Shown one piece after another: positions 43,311-53,473 of a stretch of 64,000 bases of DNA. The position numbers and the translations under genes were made by a program. The notes beneath the pieces are model-generated. The model searched no databases. It was not told the DNA's origin and was given only the letters and a program-made list of their open reading frames with translations. The stretch comes from an uncultured Lachnospiraceae bacterium (GTDB lineage Bacteria; Bacillota; Clostridia; Oscillospirales; CAG-272), in NCBI GenBank assembly GCA_964521785.1, contig CAZFTE010000005.1:1364-65363 (forward strand), given 5' to 3'. Within the stretch, counting starts at the first letter, position 1. The number at the start of each line of letters is the position of its first letter.

Positions 43311-43427
43311 CCTACTTTTCTTGAAAGAAAAGTAGGCAAAAGAACTTTTACTCAAAATAATTTCTACGCACCGATCGATTTCAGCGATTCCCAAAAACAA
43401 ACCGTGCAAAAGAACTTTTGCTAAGAG
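43311..43427. repeat. intergenic repeat locus C: stop-adjacent hairpin plus two GCAAAAGAACTTTT cores
   Basis: Perfect 11-bp hairpin CCTACTTTTCT/AGAAAAGTAGG (43311-43336) directly after the TGA stop. GCAAAAGAAC cores at 43336-43345 and 43406-43415. Confidence 0.7.
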
Positions 43428-43480
43428 TATTTTTTAATCAATTTAGGCTATTACTCTTGCTATATTCCTTCTCGACAGCC

Positions 43481-43518
43481 GTCAAGGTCTTTGCTGTATG
43501 AACAGCAAAGACTTTGAC
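43481..43518. other. 17-bp hairpin downstream of yraN
   Basis: GTCAAGGTCTTTGCTGT / ACAGCAAAGACTTTGAC (one wobble), 4-nt loop, no U-tract on either strand. Confidence 0.5.
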
Positions 43519-43525
43519 GCTCATT

Positions 43526-43909
43526 TCATGCCGTAACGGCATTTTTTATATACCGTATACCGTTTTCAGCCAACAATTCACCGTGAGCGTCAAGATAAAC
43601 TTCTATAACATCTATACGCGGTTTTTTGCTCGGCTTGTTTTTGTATATATACTCCTTTGCACATTCGAGCATACGTTCTCTTTTGCGAGCATCGACAGCA
43701 TCTTTTGCGCTTCCATATCGCGTATATCTTCCTTTATCGGTGCGCGTTTTCACCTCTACAAAAAGAAGATATCTTTCGTCCTCACATATAATATCGGTTT
43801 CAAGATGACCCGCGCGATAATTTCGATGCAGTATCTTAAAACCGAGTTTTTCGAGATATTCGCAGGCAAGCGCTTCTCCGCGCTTGCCTGTCTCACTTTT
43901 TGCACTCAT
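43526..43909 (-). CDS. yraN: YraN-family (UPF0102) endonuclease
   Basis: 127 aa with motifs GEALACEYLEKLGFKILHRNYR and ETDIICED. ATGA overlap with rnhB. Confidence 0.85.
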   Translation of the reverse strand: MSAKSETGKRGEALACEYLEKLGFKILHRNYRAGHLETDIICEDERYLLFVEVKTRTDKGRYTRYGSAKDAVDARKRERMLECAKEYIYKNKPSKKPRIDVIEVYLDAHGELLAENGIRYIKNAVTA

Positions 43910-44505
43910 TTATTCAAAAAAGAAAGGAAGCTTTTTCTGTGTTCGGGGCAAGGACCTATCTCGCGCACCTTTTGCATATGATCCTTTGTGGGATATGCTT
44001 TATGCTTTGCAAATCCATATTCGGGATATGCCTTGTCCATCTCGATACACTGTCTGTCCCTTGTAATCTTGGCAAGAATGGAAGCCGCAGCTATCGAAGG
44101 GCTTTTTGCGTCGCCCTTTACAACTGTCTGCGTGGGGATATCGAATCCGCGCGCGCAGTTGCCATCGATAAGCGCGATATCCGCTTTGACGGACAATCCG
44201 TCCACCGCTCTTTTCATAGCGAGCATCGTTGCGTTGAGTATGTTCAATTCATCTATCTCCGCAGGCGTAGCCCAAGCTATGGAATAAGCGATAGCTTCCT
44301 TTGTTATGATATCATAAAGCGCTTCGCGTTTCTTTTCCGTAAGCTTTTTGGAATCGTTTAGACCGTCTATAACAAGCCCTTGCGGCAATATTACAGCCGC
44401 GGCAACGACATTTCCCGCAAGCGGACCTCTGCCCGCTTCGTCAACGCCGCAAACATTGGCGAAGCCTTGCGCTTGCGCTTCGCTCTCAAGTATATATTCA
44501 AGCAT
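43906..44505 (-). CDS. rnhB: ribonuclease HII
   Basis: 199 aa with motifs GVDEAGRGPLAG and DSKKL. Confidence 0.93.
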   Translation of the reverse strand: MLEYILESEAQAQGFANVCGVDEAGRGPLAGNVVAAAVILPQGLVIDGLNDSKKLTEKKREALYDIITKEAIAYSIAWATPAEIDELNILNATMLAMKRAVDGLSVKADIALIDGNCARGFDIPTQTVVKGDAKSPSIAAASILAKITRDRQCIEMDKAYPEYGFAKHKAYPTKDHMQKVREIGPCPEHRKSFLSFLNK

Positions 44506-45376
44506 TGTGCACCTCGGGCAAATCGAGCGTCATTCTGCCTATCTTGCCGTTTCTGAATTCTTCGAGAAGCATTTTCGCCGTGCGTTCAAGGTCTATCTCG
44601 CCGCCCGAAACAAGAAATCCTCTCGCTTTGCCTATCTTTTCAAGCACATCGAAATCGTTGTATTCTTCGTCGAGCGCTCCGTCTTTGAGCTTATATCTTG
44701 CCATAAGCTTATCGGGGTAAAGTGTGCGCAAACGATTTACGAGTATGGAAGCGAGCGTTTCTATATCGAGTATATCGTCCTTTATAGCGCCCGTAACAGC
44801 GAGATTCTCGCCTATCTTGGGGTCTTCGAATTTAGGCCAAAGCACACCGGGAGTATCGAGCAAGTCGAATCCCGCGTTCGTCGGTATCCACTGCTTTTGG
44901 CGTGTTACACCGGGACGGTTCTCCACCTTTGCGCTTTTTGTTCTGGAAAGCTTATTGATTATCGAGCTTTTGCCGACATTCGGTATACCTACTATCATAG
45001 CGCGCAATTTTCTGCCTGCCATGCCTTTTTCGCGGTAGCGTTCGAGCTTTTCCGCGAGCAATTCGCGAGCGGCGGGAGTTATATCATTCATTCCCTCACC
45101 CGTCAAGCAATCGTAGAATATGCATTTAGTGCCGTTGGCGGCAAAATATTCTTTCCAAGCTTTTGTAACCTTGGGGTCTGCGAGCGAAACTCTGCTGCAA
45201 AGTATGAGCCTTGGCTTATCTCCGCATATCTTCGCTATTTCGGGATTTCTGGAGCTGCTCGGTATGCGCGCATCCAAAAGTTCTATAACAAAATCCACAT
45301 TTTTTAAATTTTCTCCGATCTCTCGGCGAGTTCTCGCCATATGACCGGGAAACCACTGTATAATTTCCGAGGGCAT
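44498..45376 (-). CDS. rbgA: ribosome biogenesis GTPase A (YlqF/RbgA)
   Basis: 292 aa, a circularly permuted GTPase with FPGHMARTRREI and GIPNVGKSSIIN. Confidence 0.92.
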   Translation of the reverse strand: MPSEIIQWFPGHMARTRREIGENLKNVDFVIELLDARIPSSSRNPEIAKICGDKPRLILCSRVSLADPKVTKAWKEYFAANGTKCIFYDCLTGEGMNDITPAARELLAEKLERYREKGMAGRKLRAMIVGIPNVGKSSIINKLSRTKSAKVENRPGVTRQKQWIPTNAGFDLLDTPGVLWPKFEDPKIGENLAVTGAIKDDILDIETLASILVNRLRTLYPDKLMARYKLKDGALDEEYNDFDVLEKIGKARGFLVSGGEIDLERTAKMLLEEFRNGKIGRMTLDLPEVHNA

Positions 45377-45397
45377 TTGTTCACGTCCTTTCTAAAA

Positions 45398-45997
45398 TCA
45401 ATCGACCGTACCTATTCTGCCGGAAACACGAAAGATGACTCTACCCATTACTTCATCTTCGCTTACAAAGCCTATTATATACATATTTCGGCTGTCGGTA
45501 GAATCGTTTCTGTTGTCTCCCATGACGAAAAGATAACCTTCGGGTACGGTCAATTCCTCGGGGCAACCGTCGCTCTTCATAGCGACGCCTATCTTGCGGT
45601 TTACGTAATCTTCTTCAAGAAGTTCTCCGTCCACCCAAACTTGCCATGTGTCGAAATCAAACTTTACCGTTTGACCGCCCTTGGCGATGACTCTTTTCAC
45701 TATCGGACCTTTGAAATATCCGTTCTGTTCCTGAACGACGACTATATCGCCGTTTTCGGGAGTATAGAAAAGGTTTGAAACTATAAGTCTTTCGCCGTGT
45801 TGGAGCGTAGGATACATAGAACTGCCGTCAACGGTATTGAGCCTGCCCACAAAGGTAAATATCACGATGACAAAAGCGAACGCTATCGAAAGAACCTCTA
45901 TAAAATCATACACCTTTTCGATCGCAGAGGTCTTTTTTTCGACCGTATCTTGCTTATTGCCGTTGTTCTGCATTGCGGAACTGTTTTGTTCTTCCAT
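45398..45997 (-). CDS. lepB: signal peptidase I
   Basis: 199 aa with an N-terminal TM and S26 motifs GSSMYPTL and GDNRNDSTDSR. Confidence 0.9.
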   Translation of the reverse strand: MEEQNSSAMQNNGNKQDTVEKKTSAIEKVYDFIEVLSIAFAFVIVIFTFVGRLNTVDGSSMYPTLQHGERLIVSNLFYTPENGDIVVVQEQNGYFKGPIVKRVIAKGGQTVKFDFDTWQVWVDGELLEEDYVNRKIGVAMKSDGCPEELTVPEGYLFVMGDNRNDSTDSRNMYIIGFVSEDEVMGRVIFRVSGRIGTVD

Positions 45998-46013
45998 ATA
46001 AAAACCTCTTTTC

Positions 46014-47318
46014 TCAAAGAACCTTTTCCGCTTCGGCGGAAATGTCGCTCATAACGGAATACATATATATTATAACGATAACGTCAAGCAATGTTCTCAC
46101 AGCCCAAACGAGCGAGAACCACGGAACGAGTGCCATTAGTACGGCACTTGCCGCTATGCTTATACATTCCATGACGAAAAGTCTGTCTATGCGCTTGCAA
46201 GCCTCCGCTCTGAGCTGGGAATCCACTTCTTTTCTTCTTGCGTCGGTACTTTCGCCATAGCCTATACCGTCCCCCGTCATTTTTTTCATGACGAGGCAAG
46301 CCTTGCGGCAAAGCAAGAGCGCGACGGCGTATCCCGCCGTAAGAAATATCACATAAGGAAGATAATATTTCAAAAAGCCATCGCTCTCGTAAGGGAATAT
46401 CATCTCGCCCATGTTAGAAGAATATATCCACAAAAAGATATATCCCAAAAGCATCAGAATAGTGTTCGCGAAACACAAAACATTCGTTTTCTTATGTTCT
46501 TCATCATAAGATCTTGCTTTTCCGAACGCAAAGAAAGCGCATATACCGAACCCAAACTCCGGTATGATGAAATGATATTCAAGCGAGATGCAGAGCAAGA
46601 AAAAGAACGCGGCAAACCAAATATGCCAAAATCCTTTTACGCTTCTTTTTATGCGGAGCGCTTTGTTGTTCAACACGTCGCTTATATATTTTTTCTCCAC
46701 CGCATCAAGAAAAGAACGATTCTTCTTTATCTCGGTAAGCGCAGGAACGACTGCGGAAAGCCAAACTATGCCCAGCACAAGAACCGCAATGAAGCATATA
46801 ACGGAAAGAAGATTTTCCAAAGCTTTCGTGCTTCCCGTGCCGCCCGAGGTAACGTAACCGTAATCTGTCACCAAAGCGGTAAGTTCAGGCACGAAAGCGC
46901 CGACAGCGCGAGCGATGATGAATACCGCCGTCATCTTTTGCGCGTTGGCAAGCTTTTGAGATTCCGCTCTGTCGCTCTCACGGAACTGCGAATAAGAAAG
47001 TCCGTCAAAGAACGATGTCAGCGCGGGCAATGTAAAAAAGATATCCAAAACAGCCAATGCAAAAACAAACGTCAGTTTCATCGTCGAATCGAAATTCGCG
47101 ATAATGCTGAAAAGCATCACGGCATATCTTCCGAGCGCGACATAGAGCGCATATCTCATCTTCACCCTTGATTGAGCAAGTTTTTCTTCGGTATCCGCAA
47201 ATTTTGTCATACCGCGAATTATAAGCAGATATCCGATAAAATCGGGAATGATGTCAAAAACGTTAAAAAACGGTTCGAAGAGAAAAAACAAGCCGGCAAG
47301 AATATATCCTATACCCAT
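46014..47318 (-). CDS. uncharacterized polytopic membrane protein (internally duplicated module)
   Basis: 434 aa. N-terminus MGIGYILAGLFFL..FDIIPDFIGYLLIIRGMTKFA. The second half repeats the theme (HFIIPEFGFGICAFFAFGKA). I do not recognise a family. Confidence 0.6.
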   Translation of the reverse strand: MGIGYILAGLFFLFEPFFNVFDIIPDFIGYLLIIRGMTKFADTEEKLAQSRVKMRYALYVALGRYAVMLFSIIANFDSTMKLTFVFALAVLDIFFTLPALTSFFDGLSYSQFRESDRAESQKLANAQKMTAVFIIARAVGAFVPELTALVTDYGYVTSGGTGSTKALENLLSVICFIAVLVLGIVWLSAVVPALTEIKKNRSFLDAVEKKYISDVLNNKALRIKRSVKGFWHIWFAAFFFLLCISLEYHFIIPEFGFGICAFFAFGKARSYDEEHKKTNVLCFANTILMLLGYIFLWIYSSNMGEMIFPYESDGFLKYYLPYVIFLTAGYAVALLLCRKACLVMKKMTGDGIGYGESTDARRKEVDSQLRAEACKRIDRLFVMECISIAASAVLMALVPWFSLVWAVRTLLDVIVIIYMYSVMSDISAEAEKVL

Positions 47319-47334
47319 AAAGTTTCCCTTTCCT

Positions 47335-47997
47335 TTATTTTTTCTTCTTTTTATTATTGCTTCTGCTCATTGTAGTTTGATTTTTCTTTTTGTTTTTCTC
47401 GTAAAATTCGAGAGGAGATTTAAAATCATGCTCTCTGCGTTCCATATCCTCGTCTCCCTCAAGACAGATGCGAGCATAGCATCTGAAAAGAAGTATCGCC
47501 GTGAGTATCGTTGCAAGCAGAGAAAGCAACATTCCCGTTCCGTATATCTGCGCTCCGTTTTCCGGGATAGAAACGGAGTTTTCCGAAACGTATATGACTA
47601 TCACTTGCGCCACAACGAGAAATAGCGGCACGAGCGCCATATTCGAATAAGCCATGCTTCTTATCTTGGGAAGATCAACGTCCTTTGCGATATCCGCAAC
47701 GGCAAGGAACAATACCAAATAGAAGCATATCATATATATCGTATAGACAGAACTGAAAGCGTTGTTTACACTTGCGCCGAAAAGATCTATATTGAGCCAA
47801 TCGGCGATCTGGAGCGCAAGATCGAACGCGGAAAAAGCAAAGCCGAGTATGCAGACCTTTTTCGCATTATTGAAAAAAGTGCAATGCTTGCTCGCTATGT
47901 TCATACCGACATAAAAAAGCAAAAAACCTATTATATCGGGTATGCCCAACGTTCCGACAAGGAAAAAGCACCCCAAAAACATATATCCAAAACCCAT
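47335..47997 (-). CDS. uncharacterized polytopic membrane protein (paralogue of the 46014-47318 module)
   Basis: About 220 aa. With the ATG 47997 start it reads MGFGYMFLGCFFL..IPDIIGFLLFYVGMNIASK, parallel to its neighbour. It has a poly-Lys C-terminus. The ORF-track start 48003 is GTG. Confidence 0.6.
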   Translation of the reverse strand: MGFGYMFLGCFFLVGTLGIPDIIGFLLFYVGMNIASKHCTFFNNAKKVCILGFAFSAFDLALQIADWLNIDLFGASVNNAFSSVYTIYMICFYLVLFLAVADIAKDVDLPKIRSMAYSNMALVPLFLVVAQVIVIYVSENSVSIPENGAQIYGTGMLLSLLATILTAILLFRCYARICLEGDEDMERREHDFKSPLEFYEKNKKKNQTTMSRSNNKKKKK

Positions 47998-48073
47998 AAA
48001 CACCTCAGGGCAAGCTTTCGCCGAAGCGAAAGCCCACCTTATTTTTTAATATTCAAGCAAAGCGAGCGAAATA

Positions 48074-50806
48074 TCAGTTCTCGCCGTCATCGATACCTGC
48101 GCCGCAGCATTTTTTATACTTTTTGCCCGAGCCGCAAGGACAAGGATCGTTTCTGCCCACTTTATCGGAAAGCTTCTTTACAACAGGGCGCTTTTTCGTT
48201 TCTTCGCCGCCGACTGCCGCCGCACTTTCCGCCTGCTTCTGAACTACCTGCACTCTCTTTATCTGCTGTGCGGGACGAGAGAAGAGTACCATTCTCGCGG
48301 TATCGACGTGTATTTCAGATATCATCATATCAAACATATCGCCTGCCGCCAAACGGTATTCGTTGAGAGGATTTCTCTGTGCGTATGCCGCAAGACCTAC
48401 GCCGCCGCGAAGATCGTCCATGGCATCGAGATGTTCCATCCAATGCTTGTCAACGGAGCGAAGGAGCGCAACTCTTTCGAGTTCGCGCATATTGTCTCCG
48501 AATACTTCCTGCTGTTTTGCATAAACTTCATGTGCGCGATCCGTAAGGAACTTCGAAACGGATTCGGCTGTATGTTCTCCTTCCGCAAAATCATCGGGAG
48601 CAACGAGCCAGAAGAGGTTCTTGCGTACAGCTTCAACGGAGAATTTGCCTGTTTCGTGTTCTATGCTCTCGGCGATGCCGTTTGCAATGGAGCTGTCTAT
48701 CATCTTCTTTACAGTCTCACTGATATCTTCGCCATCAAGCACTCTGCGACGTTCGCTGTATATGATATTTCTCTGCTGGTTCATAACGTCGTCGTAATCG
48801 AGAACGCTCTTTCTTCTGTTGAAGTTTTCGCCCTCAAGACGTTTCTGCGCGTTTTCTATCGTACCCGAAAGTATCTTCGCGTCGATAGGCTGATCGTCGG
48901 GAAGTCCGAGTCTTTCGATCATGCCCTTTATCTTATCGCTTCCGAAAAGACGGAGCAAGTCGTCTTCCAGGGAAAGGAAGAAACGGCTCTCGCCGGGGTC
49001 TCCCTGTCGTCCCGCACGACCGCGGAGCTGGTTATCTATACGACGGCTCTCGTGTCTTTCCGTGCCGAGAATGAACAGACCGCCCGCAGCTCTTACCTTT
49101 TCGGCTTCGGGAGCTATCGCCGCTTTAAATTCGGCAAGCTTTTCGTTATATATCTCGCGAGCCTCGCGGATCCTATCATCGATGTTTTCGGAAGCGCCTG
49201 TTGCGCCGAAAATCTCTTCTTCGTTATATCCGAGCTTTTTAAGTTCGTTTTTCGCCAAGAACTCGGCATTACCGCCGAGCATGATATCCGTACCACGACC
49301 TGCCATGTTGGTGGAGATGGTTACGGCACCGTATTTACCTGCCTGAGCTACTATTTCAGCTTCTTTTTCATGATATTTCGCATTGAGGACATTGTGCTTG
49401 ATACCCGTGCGGTTGAGGAGCTTTGAAAGAAGTTCGGATCTATCGACGGAGACCGTGCCGACGAGTACAGGCTGACCTTTTTCGTGGCATTCTTTTATCT
49501 GCGCGATGATAGCATCATATTTGCCCTTTTCATTCTTGTATACGACATCGTTCTGATCTTTGCGTATCATAGGTCTGTTCGTGGGTATCTCAACAACGTC
49601 GAGTTTGTATATCTCACGAAATTCTTCTTCTTCGGTAAGCGCAGTACCCGTCATACCCGAAAGTTTGTTATAGAGGCGGAAGAAGTTCTGGAACGTGATA
49701 GTCGCGAGCGTTTGGTTCTCGTTCTGTATCTTTACGCCTTCTTTTGCTTCGATAGCCTGGTGGAGACCTTCGGAGAAGCGTCTGCCGGGCATGATACGAC
49801 CTGTAAAGCTGTCTACGATAAGTACTTTGCCGTCCATTACAACGTAGTCAACGTCGAGCTTCATAACGCCGTGAGCATGAAGCGCTTGATTTACGTAATG
49901 GTTAAGGTCCGTGTTCTCAAGGTCGGAGTAGTTCTCGACACCAAAGAATGCTTCCGCTTTTGCGATACCGTGCTTTGTAAGAGTAGCGCGTTTGCCCTTT
50001 TCGTCAACGATGTAATCTTCCGCTACGTCGTCATAGTCGGATTTCGTATCTTTTTCTTTTATCTTGAGCGCGTGGAGCTTGCGAACAAAAGCGTCTGCTT
50101 TCGAATACATAGCATCGGAAGCATTGCCTTGACCCGAAATGATAAGAGGAGTTCTGGCTTCATCGATAAGGATAGAGTCCACCTCGTCCACGATGGCAAA
50201 GTTATGTCCGCGCTGAACTATCTTGTTTTTGAAAATAGCCATGTTATCTCTCAGATAATCAAATCCCATCTCATTGTTCGTACCGTAAGTGATATCGCAG
50301 TTATATGCCGCTTTCTTTTCCTCGGGAGTCTGCTCATGAACTATAAGACCTGTCGTAAGACCGAGGAAACCGTAAACTTTGCCCATCTCTTCGCTGTCTC
50401 GGCGAGCAAGGTAATCGTTCACCGTAACTACATGAACGCCTTTGCCCGAGAGAGCGTTGAGGTAAGCAGGCATCGTCGCAACGAGCGTCTTACCTTCACC
50501 CGTCTTCATTTCGGCGATTCTTCCCTGATGGAGTATAACACCGCCCATGATCTGAACGCGGAACGGACGTTTTCCCAAAACGCGCGTTGCCGCTTCGCGT
50601 ACAACGGCAAACGCTTCGGGCAAAAGATCGTCCAAAGTTTCACCGTTTGCAAGTCTTGCCTTGAAGTCGTCTGTGCAAGAAGCGAGCTGTTCGTCGCTCA
50701 TTCTTGAGTATTTATCCGCAAGGGCTTCTACCTTGTCCACGATAGGTTCGACTTTTTTTATCTGCTTAGAACTGTATGTTCCGAAAATTTTTTCGATTAA
50801 AGACAT
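48074..50806 (-). CDS. secA: preprotein translocase ATPase SecA
   Basis: 910 aa with DEAD-like motor motifs ([27 protein letters not shown]) and a C-terminal zinc finger [14 protein letters not shown]. Confidence 0.96.
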   Translation of the reverse strand: MSLIEKIFGTYSSKQIKKVEPIVDKVEALADKYSRMSDEQLASCTDDFKARLANGETLDDLLPEAFAVVREAATRVLGKRPFRVQIMGGVILHQGRIAEMKTGEGKTLVATMPAYLNALSGKGVHVVTVNDYLARRDSEEMGKVYGFLGLTTGLIVHEQTPEEKKAAYNCDITYGTNNEMGFDYLRDNMAIFKNKIVQRGHNFAIVDEVDSILIDEARTPLIISGQGNASDAMYSKADAFVRKLHALKIKEKDTKSDYDDVAEDYIVDEKGKRATLTKHGIAKAEAFFGVENYSDLENTDLNHYVNQALHAHGVMKLDVDYVVMDGKVLIVDSFTGRIMPGRRFSEGLHQAIEAKEGVKIQNENQTLATITFQNFFRLYNKLSGMTGTALTEEEEFREIYKLDVVEIPTNRPMIRKDQNDVVYKNEKGKYDAIIAQIKECHEKGQPVLVGTVSVDRSELLSKLLNRTGIKHNVLNAKYHEKEAEIVAQAGKYGAVTISTNMAGRGTDIMLGGNAEFLAKNELKKLGYNEEEIFGATGASENIDDRIREAREIYNEKLAEFKAAIAPEAEKVRAAGGLFILGTERHESRRIDNQLRGRAGRQGDPGESRFFLSLEDDLLRLFGSDKIKGMIERLGLPDDQPIDAKILSGTIENAQKRLEGENFNRRKSVLDYDDVMNQQRNIIYSERRRVLDGEDISETVKKMIDSSIANGIAESIEHETGKFSVEAVRKNLFWLVAPDDFAEGEHTAESVSKFLTDRAHEVYAKQQEVFGDNMRELERVALLRSVDKHWMEHLDAMDDLRGGVGLAAYAQRNPLNEYRLAAGDMFDMMISEIHVDTARMVLFSRPAQQIKRVQVVQKQAESAAAVGGEETKKRPVVKKLSDKVGRNDPCPCGSGKKYKKCCGAGIDDGEN

Positions 50807-50937
50807 ACTACCTCCGAAATATATAATAAAGATTTAAATTACGCAGTATAATAATTTTTATTATACTATATAATTGCCAATAAAACCACAACAAATTGTA
50901 AATAAATATGATTTTTTATCGTTTTTCCGTAAAAAAA

Positions 50938-51450
50938 TCATTTCTCATGAAATGACATCATCTGCGAGAGCTTCTCTCCGTCACATTTCAAATGTTCGAA
51001 ATCTCTTTGGCGCATAGCCTCGTAAACGGCTATGGCAACCGTATTCGAAAGATTGAGCGAACGGCTGCCCTCTTTCATGGGCATACGCAAAGTATTGGAA
51101 AAATGTTCTTCGAGCATATCCTCCGGCAATCCTTTCGTTTCTTTTCCGAAAACGAGGAACGTGCGTTTAGAATAAGACACCTCCGAATATACATGGCTTG
51201 CTTTTTTGGAATAGAACCACATCTCCTCGTCCTTGTTTTTTTCAAGGAACTCGGCAAGATTTTCATAATAATGTATCTCAAGTTCGTTCCAATAATCCAG
51301 TCCCGCGCGTTTCATCTTTTTGTCGTCTATCTCAAAGCCGAGCGGCTTTACGAGGTGGAGCGCCGCCCCCGTAACAGAGCAAGTGCGCGCAATATTTCCC
51401 GTGTTTTGCGGTATCTCGGGTTCAACCAAAACTATATTAAGATCTGCCAC
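50938..51450 (-). CDS. trmL: SpoU/TrmL-type tRNA 2'-O-methyltransferase
   Basis: 170 aa, SPOUT family (PEIPQNTGNIARTC, LNLSNTVAIAVYEA). GTG start codon. Confidence 0.8.
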   Translation of the reverse strand: MADLNIVLVEPEIPQNTGNIARTCSVTGAALHLVKPLGFEIDDKKMKRAGLDYWNELEIHYYENLAEFLEKNKDEEMWFYSKKASHVYSEVSYSKRTFLVFGKETKGLPEDMLEEHFSNTLRMPMKEGSRSLNLSNTVAIAVYEAMRQRDFEHLKCDGEKLSQMMSFHEK

Positions 51451-51619
51451 TTTAAAAATTCTCCGTAAAATTTATATTTAATATTAAAATTATACATCAT
51501 ATAACGGCAAAAATCAAGTTTTACCAAAGAAAGCATATTTTTTTGCGTTTATTTTTTTATCTTAACGCAAAAACTTTATTTGCGGATAAAGCAAATAAAC
51601 CGAAAGAAAGGATACGCTG

Positions 51620-52390
51620 ATGGATAAAAGGATCAAAAAAATGTTCGTGCCGTTGACGCTGTTGTGCGTCCTGTCGCTTTCGATATGCGTATACGGCGCA
51701 AACGCATATAATTGGTATTGTAAACGCGAAAAAGACCATGCTCGCCCGAACGCGGAAGCGTCTATGAGCTTCATCTCGCAAAACGGCGGCGCATATATCG
51801 GCAAAGACCCCGAAGAAAAGGTGATATACCTCACTTTTGACGCGGGATACGAAAACGGAAACATCTCAAAAATACTCGATGTCTTGAAAAAGCACGATGC
51901 AAAAGGCGCATTTTTTGTGCTTGAAAATATTATCGTGAGAAATACGGACCTTGTAAAGCGAATGGCTGATGAAGGTCATCTGGTCTGTAACCATACCGCA
52001 AAGCACAAGGACATGACAAAGATGAGCGAGCAGCAATTCAAAGATGAGCTGCATCGTCTTGAAGATATACTAAAAGAAAAAACAGGTGTTGAATGTGCCA
52101 AATTCTATCGTCCGCCCGAAGGAAGATTCAACGAAGCCAACCTCAAGACAGCAGCCGACATGGGATATAAGACCGTATTTTGGAGCCTCGCCTATGCCGA
52201 TTGGGACAACGATAAACAACCCGAACCGCAAAAAGCCAAGCAGTTGCTCCTTGCGAACACGCACAACGGCGCTGTTATATTGCTCCACCCCACATCAAAG
52301 ACCAATGCGAATATACTCGACGAGCTTTTGACGGAATGGGAAAAAGAGGGCTACCGCTTCGGCACTCTCGACGAACTTTTCAAAGAATGA
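51620..52390 (+). CDS. pdaA: polysaccharide deacetylase, PdaA-like (delta-lactam-biosynthetic de-N-acetylase)
   Basis: 256 aa with a signal/TM segment, a NodB domain (LTFDAGYENG, HTAKH, LLHP), and the PdaA-like WYCKR..HARP N-terminal pattern. Confidence 0.7.
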   Translation: MDKRIKKMFVPLTLLCVLSLSICVYGANAYNWYCKREKDHARPNAEASMSFISQNGGAYIGKDPEEKVIYLTFDAGYENGNISKILDVLKKHDAKGAFFVLENIIVRNTDLVKRMADEGHLVCNHTAKHKDMTKMSEQQFKDELHRLEDILKEKTGVECAKFYRPPEGRFNEANLKTAADMGYKTVFWSLAYADWDNDKQPEPQKAKQLLLANTHNGAVILLHPTSKTNANILDELLTEWEKEGYRFGTLDELFKE

Positions 52391-52401
52391 TATAGGGCAA
52401 A

Positions 52402-53100
52402 ATGAAAAAAGCAATATTGTTTATTTTGGCTTCGGCTATCTTTGTCGCAACAGTGTGTCAAAGCGTTTGCGCTTCGGCACCGCCGCAAAAAGATGGTGTC
52501 ATTTTTTCGGGCAATACTTCTTACGGCAAAAAGATAGCGCTCACGTTCGATGACGGACCGCATCCGACAAAGACCGAAAAGATACTGGATATATTGGATC
52601 GATATGATGTTAAAGCCACGTTCTTCATAATCGGCTCAAACGCGGAATATCACCCCGAGATAGTGGCGCAAGAAGTCTTGCGCGGTCATGAGGTGGCAAA
52701 CCATTCGTATTCTCATACTAACCTTTCCAAATGCACCCCCGAACAGGTCAAAAAAGAGATAGACCTTGCGGATAGAGCTATCGAAAAAGCCGCGGGCATA
52801 AGACCGAAGCTTTTTCGTCCGCCTGAGGGCGCATATTCGGAAAACAGCGTCAAGATCGCGAGCGAACTCGGCAAAAACACGATAATATGGACGGTCGATA
52901 CGATGGACTGGGCAAACAGATCTGCCGATGATATCGTCAAAAACATCAAAGAAAATGTTCGTTCGGGAAGCATAATATTGTTTCATGATTTCACTTCTCC
53001 GAAAGCACACACGATAGAAGCGTTGGAGATAATAATTCCCTATCTCAAATCTCAAGGATATGAATTTGTTACCGTATCGGATTTCATTCCGATGTCATAG
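52402..53100 (+). CDS. polysaccharide deacetylase family protein (NodB domain)
   Basis: 232 aa with a signal peptide and motifs TFDDGP, HSYSH, FRPPEG, ILFHD. Confidence 0.85.
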   Translation: MKKAILFILASAIFVATVCQSVCASAPPQKDGVIFSGNTSYGKKIALTFDDGPHPTKTEKILDILDRYDVKATFFIIGSNAEYHPEIVAQEVLRGHEVANHSYSHTNLSKCTPEQVKKEIDLADRAIEKAAGIRPKLFRPPEGAYSENSVKIASELGKNTIIWTVDTMDWANRSADDIVKNIKENVRSGSIILFHDFTSPKAHTIEALEIIIPYLKSQGYEFVTVSDFIPMS

Positions 53101-53134
53101 TTCGCCGAGCATATCGAACAAATAAAAATAAAAA

Positions 53135-53170
53135 ATATCCCTTTTTCGGCAAAGAAAAAGGGATATTTTT
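53135..53170. terminator. bidirectional intrinsic terminator
   Basis: 13-bp stem ATATCCCTTTTTC/GAAAAAGGGATAT with an A-rich flank and a TTTT flank, between convergent genes. Confidence 0.8.
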
Positions 53171-53176
53171 CTCTCG

Positions 53177-53473
53177 TCAAAGCGAAAAGAGCAATGTTGC
53201 GACAGTGCCGAATACCGCGCTCAGAACTGCGGTAATAACCGATGCAAACACTGCGTTTTGGCGTGAACGCGGCTGTTTTTCTATCTCCGACAAGCGCCTT
53301 TCGTGCGCCTCCACAGATAGATTCGTCGATTCGAGTTTTTCAACAAGTCTTGCTATGTTTTCGTTTTGACGGTTGATCGCTTCGGTCAGGCTTTCAAGGC
53401 GGTCTATGCGGTGAGAATTGCTCTTTCCGCGCTCTTCCGCTTTTATAAGGCGTTCGTTATCGGTTCCGTCCAT
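53177..53473 (-). CDS. XhlA-like coiled-coil protein with a C-terminal TM anchor
   Basis: 98 aa. The N-terminal ~70 aa are heptad-like and charged (RIDRLESLTEAINRQNENIARLVEKLES), and the C-terminal TM is AVFASVITAVLSAVFGTVATLLF. GGAGG SD. Confidence 0.45.
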   Translation of the reverse strand: MDGTDNERLIKAEERGKSNSHRIDRLESLTEAINRQNENIARLVEKLESTNLSVEAHERRLSEIEKQPRSRQNAVFASVITAVLSAVFGTVATLLFSL

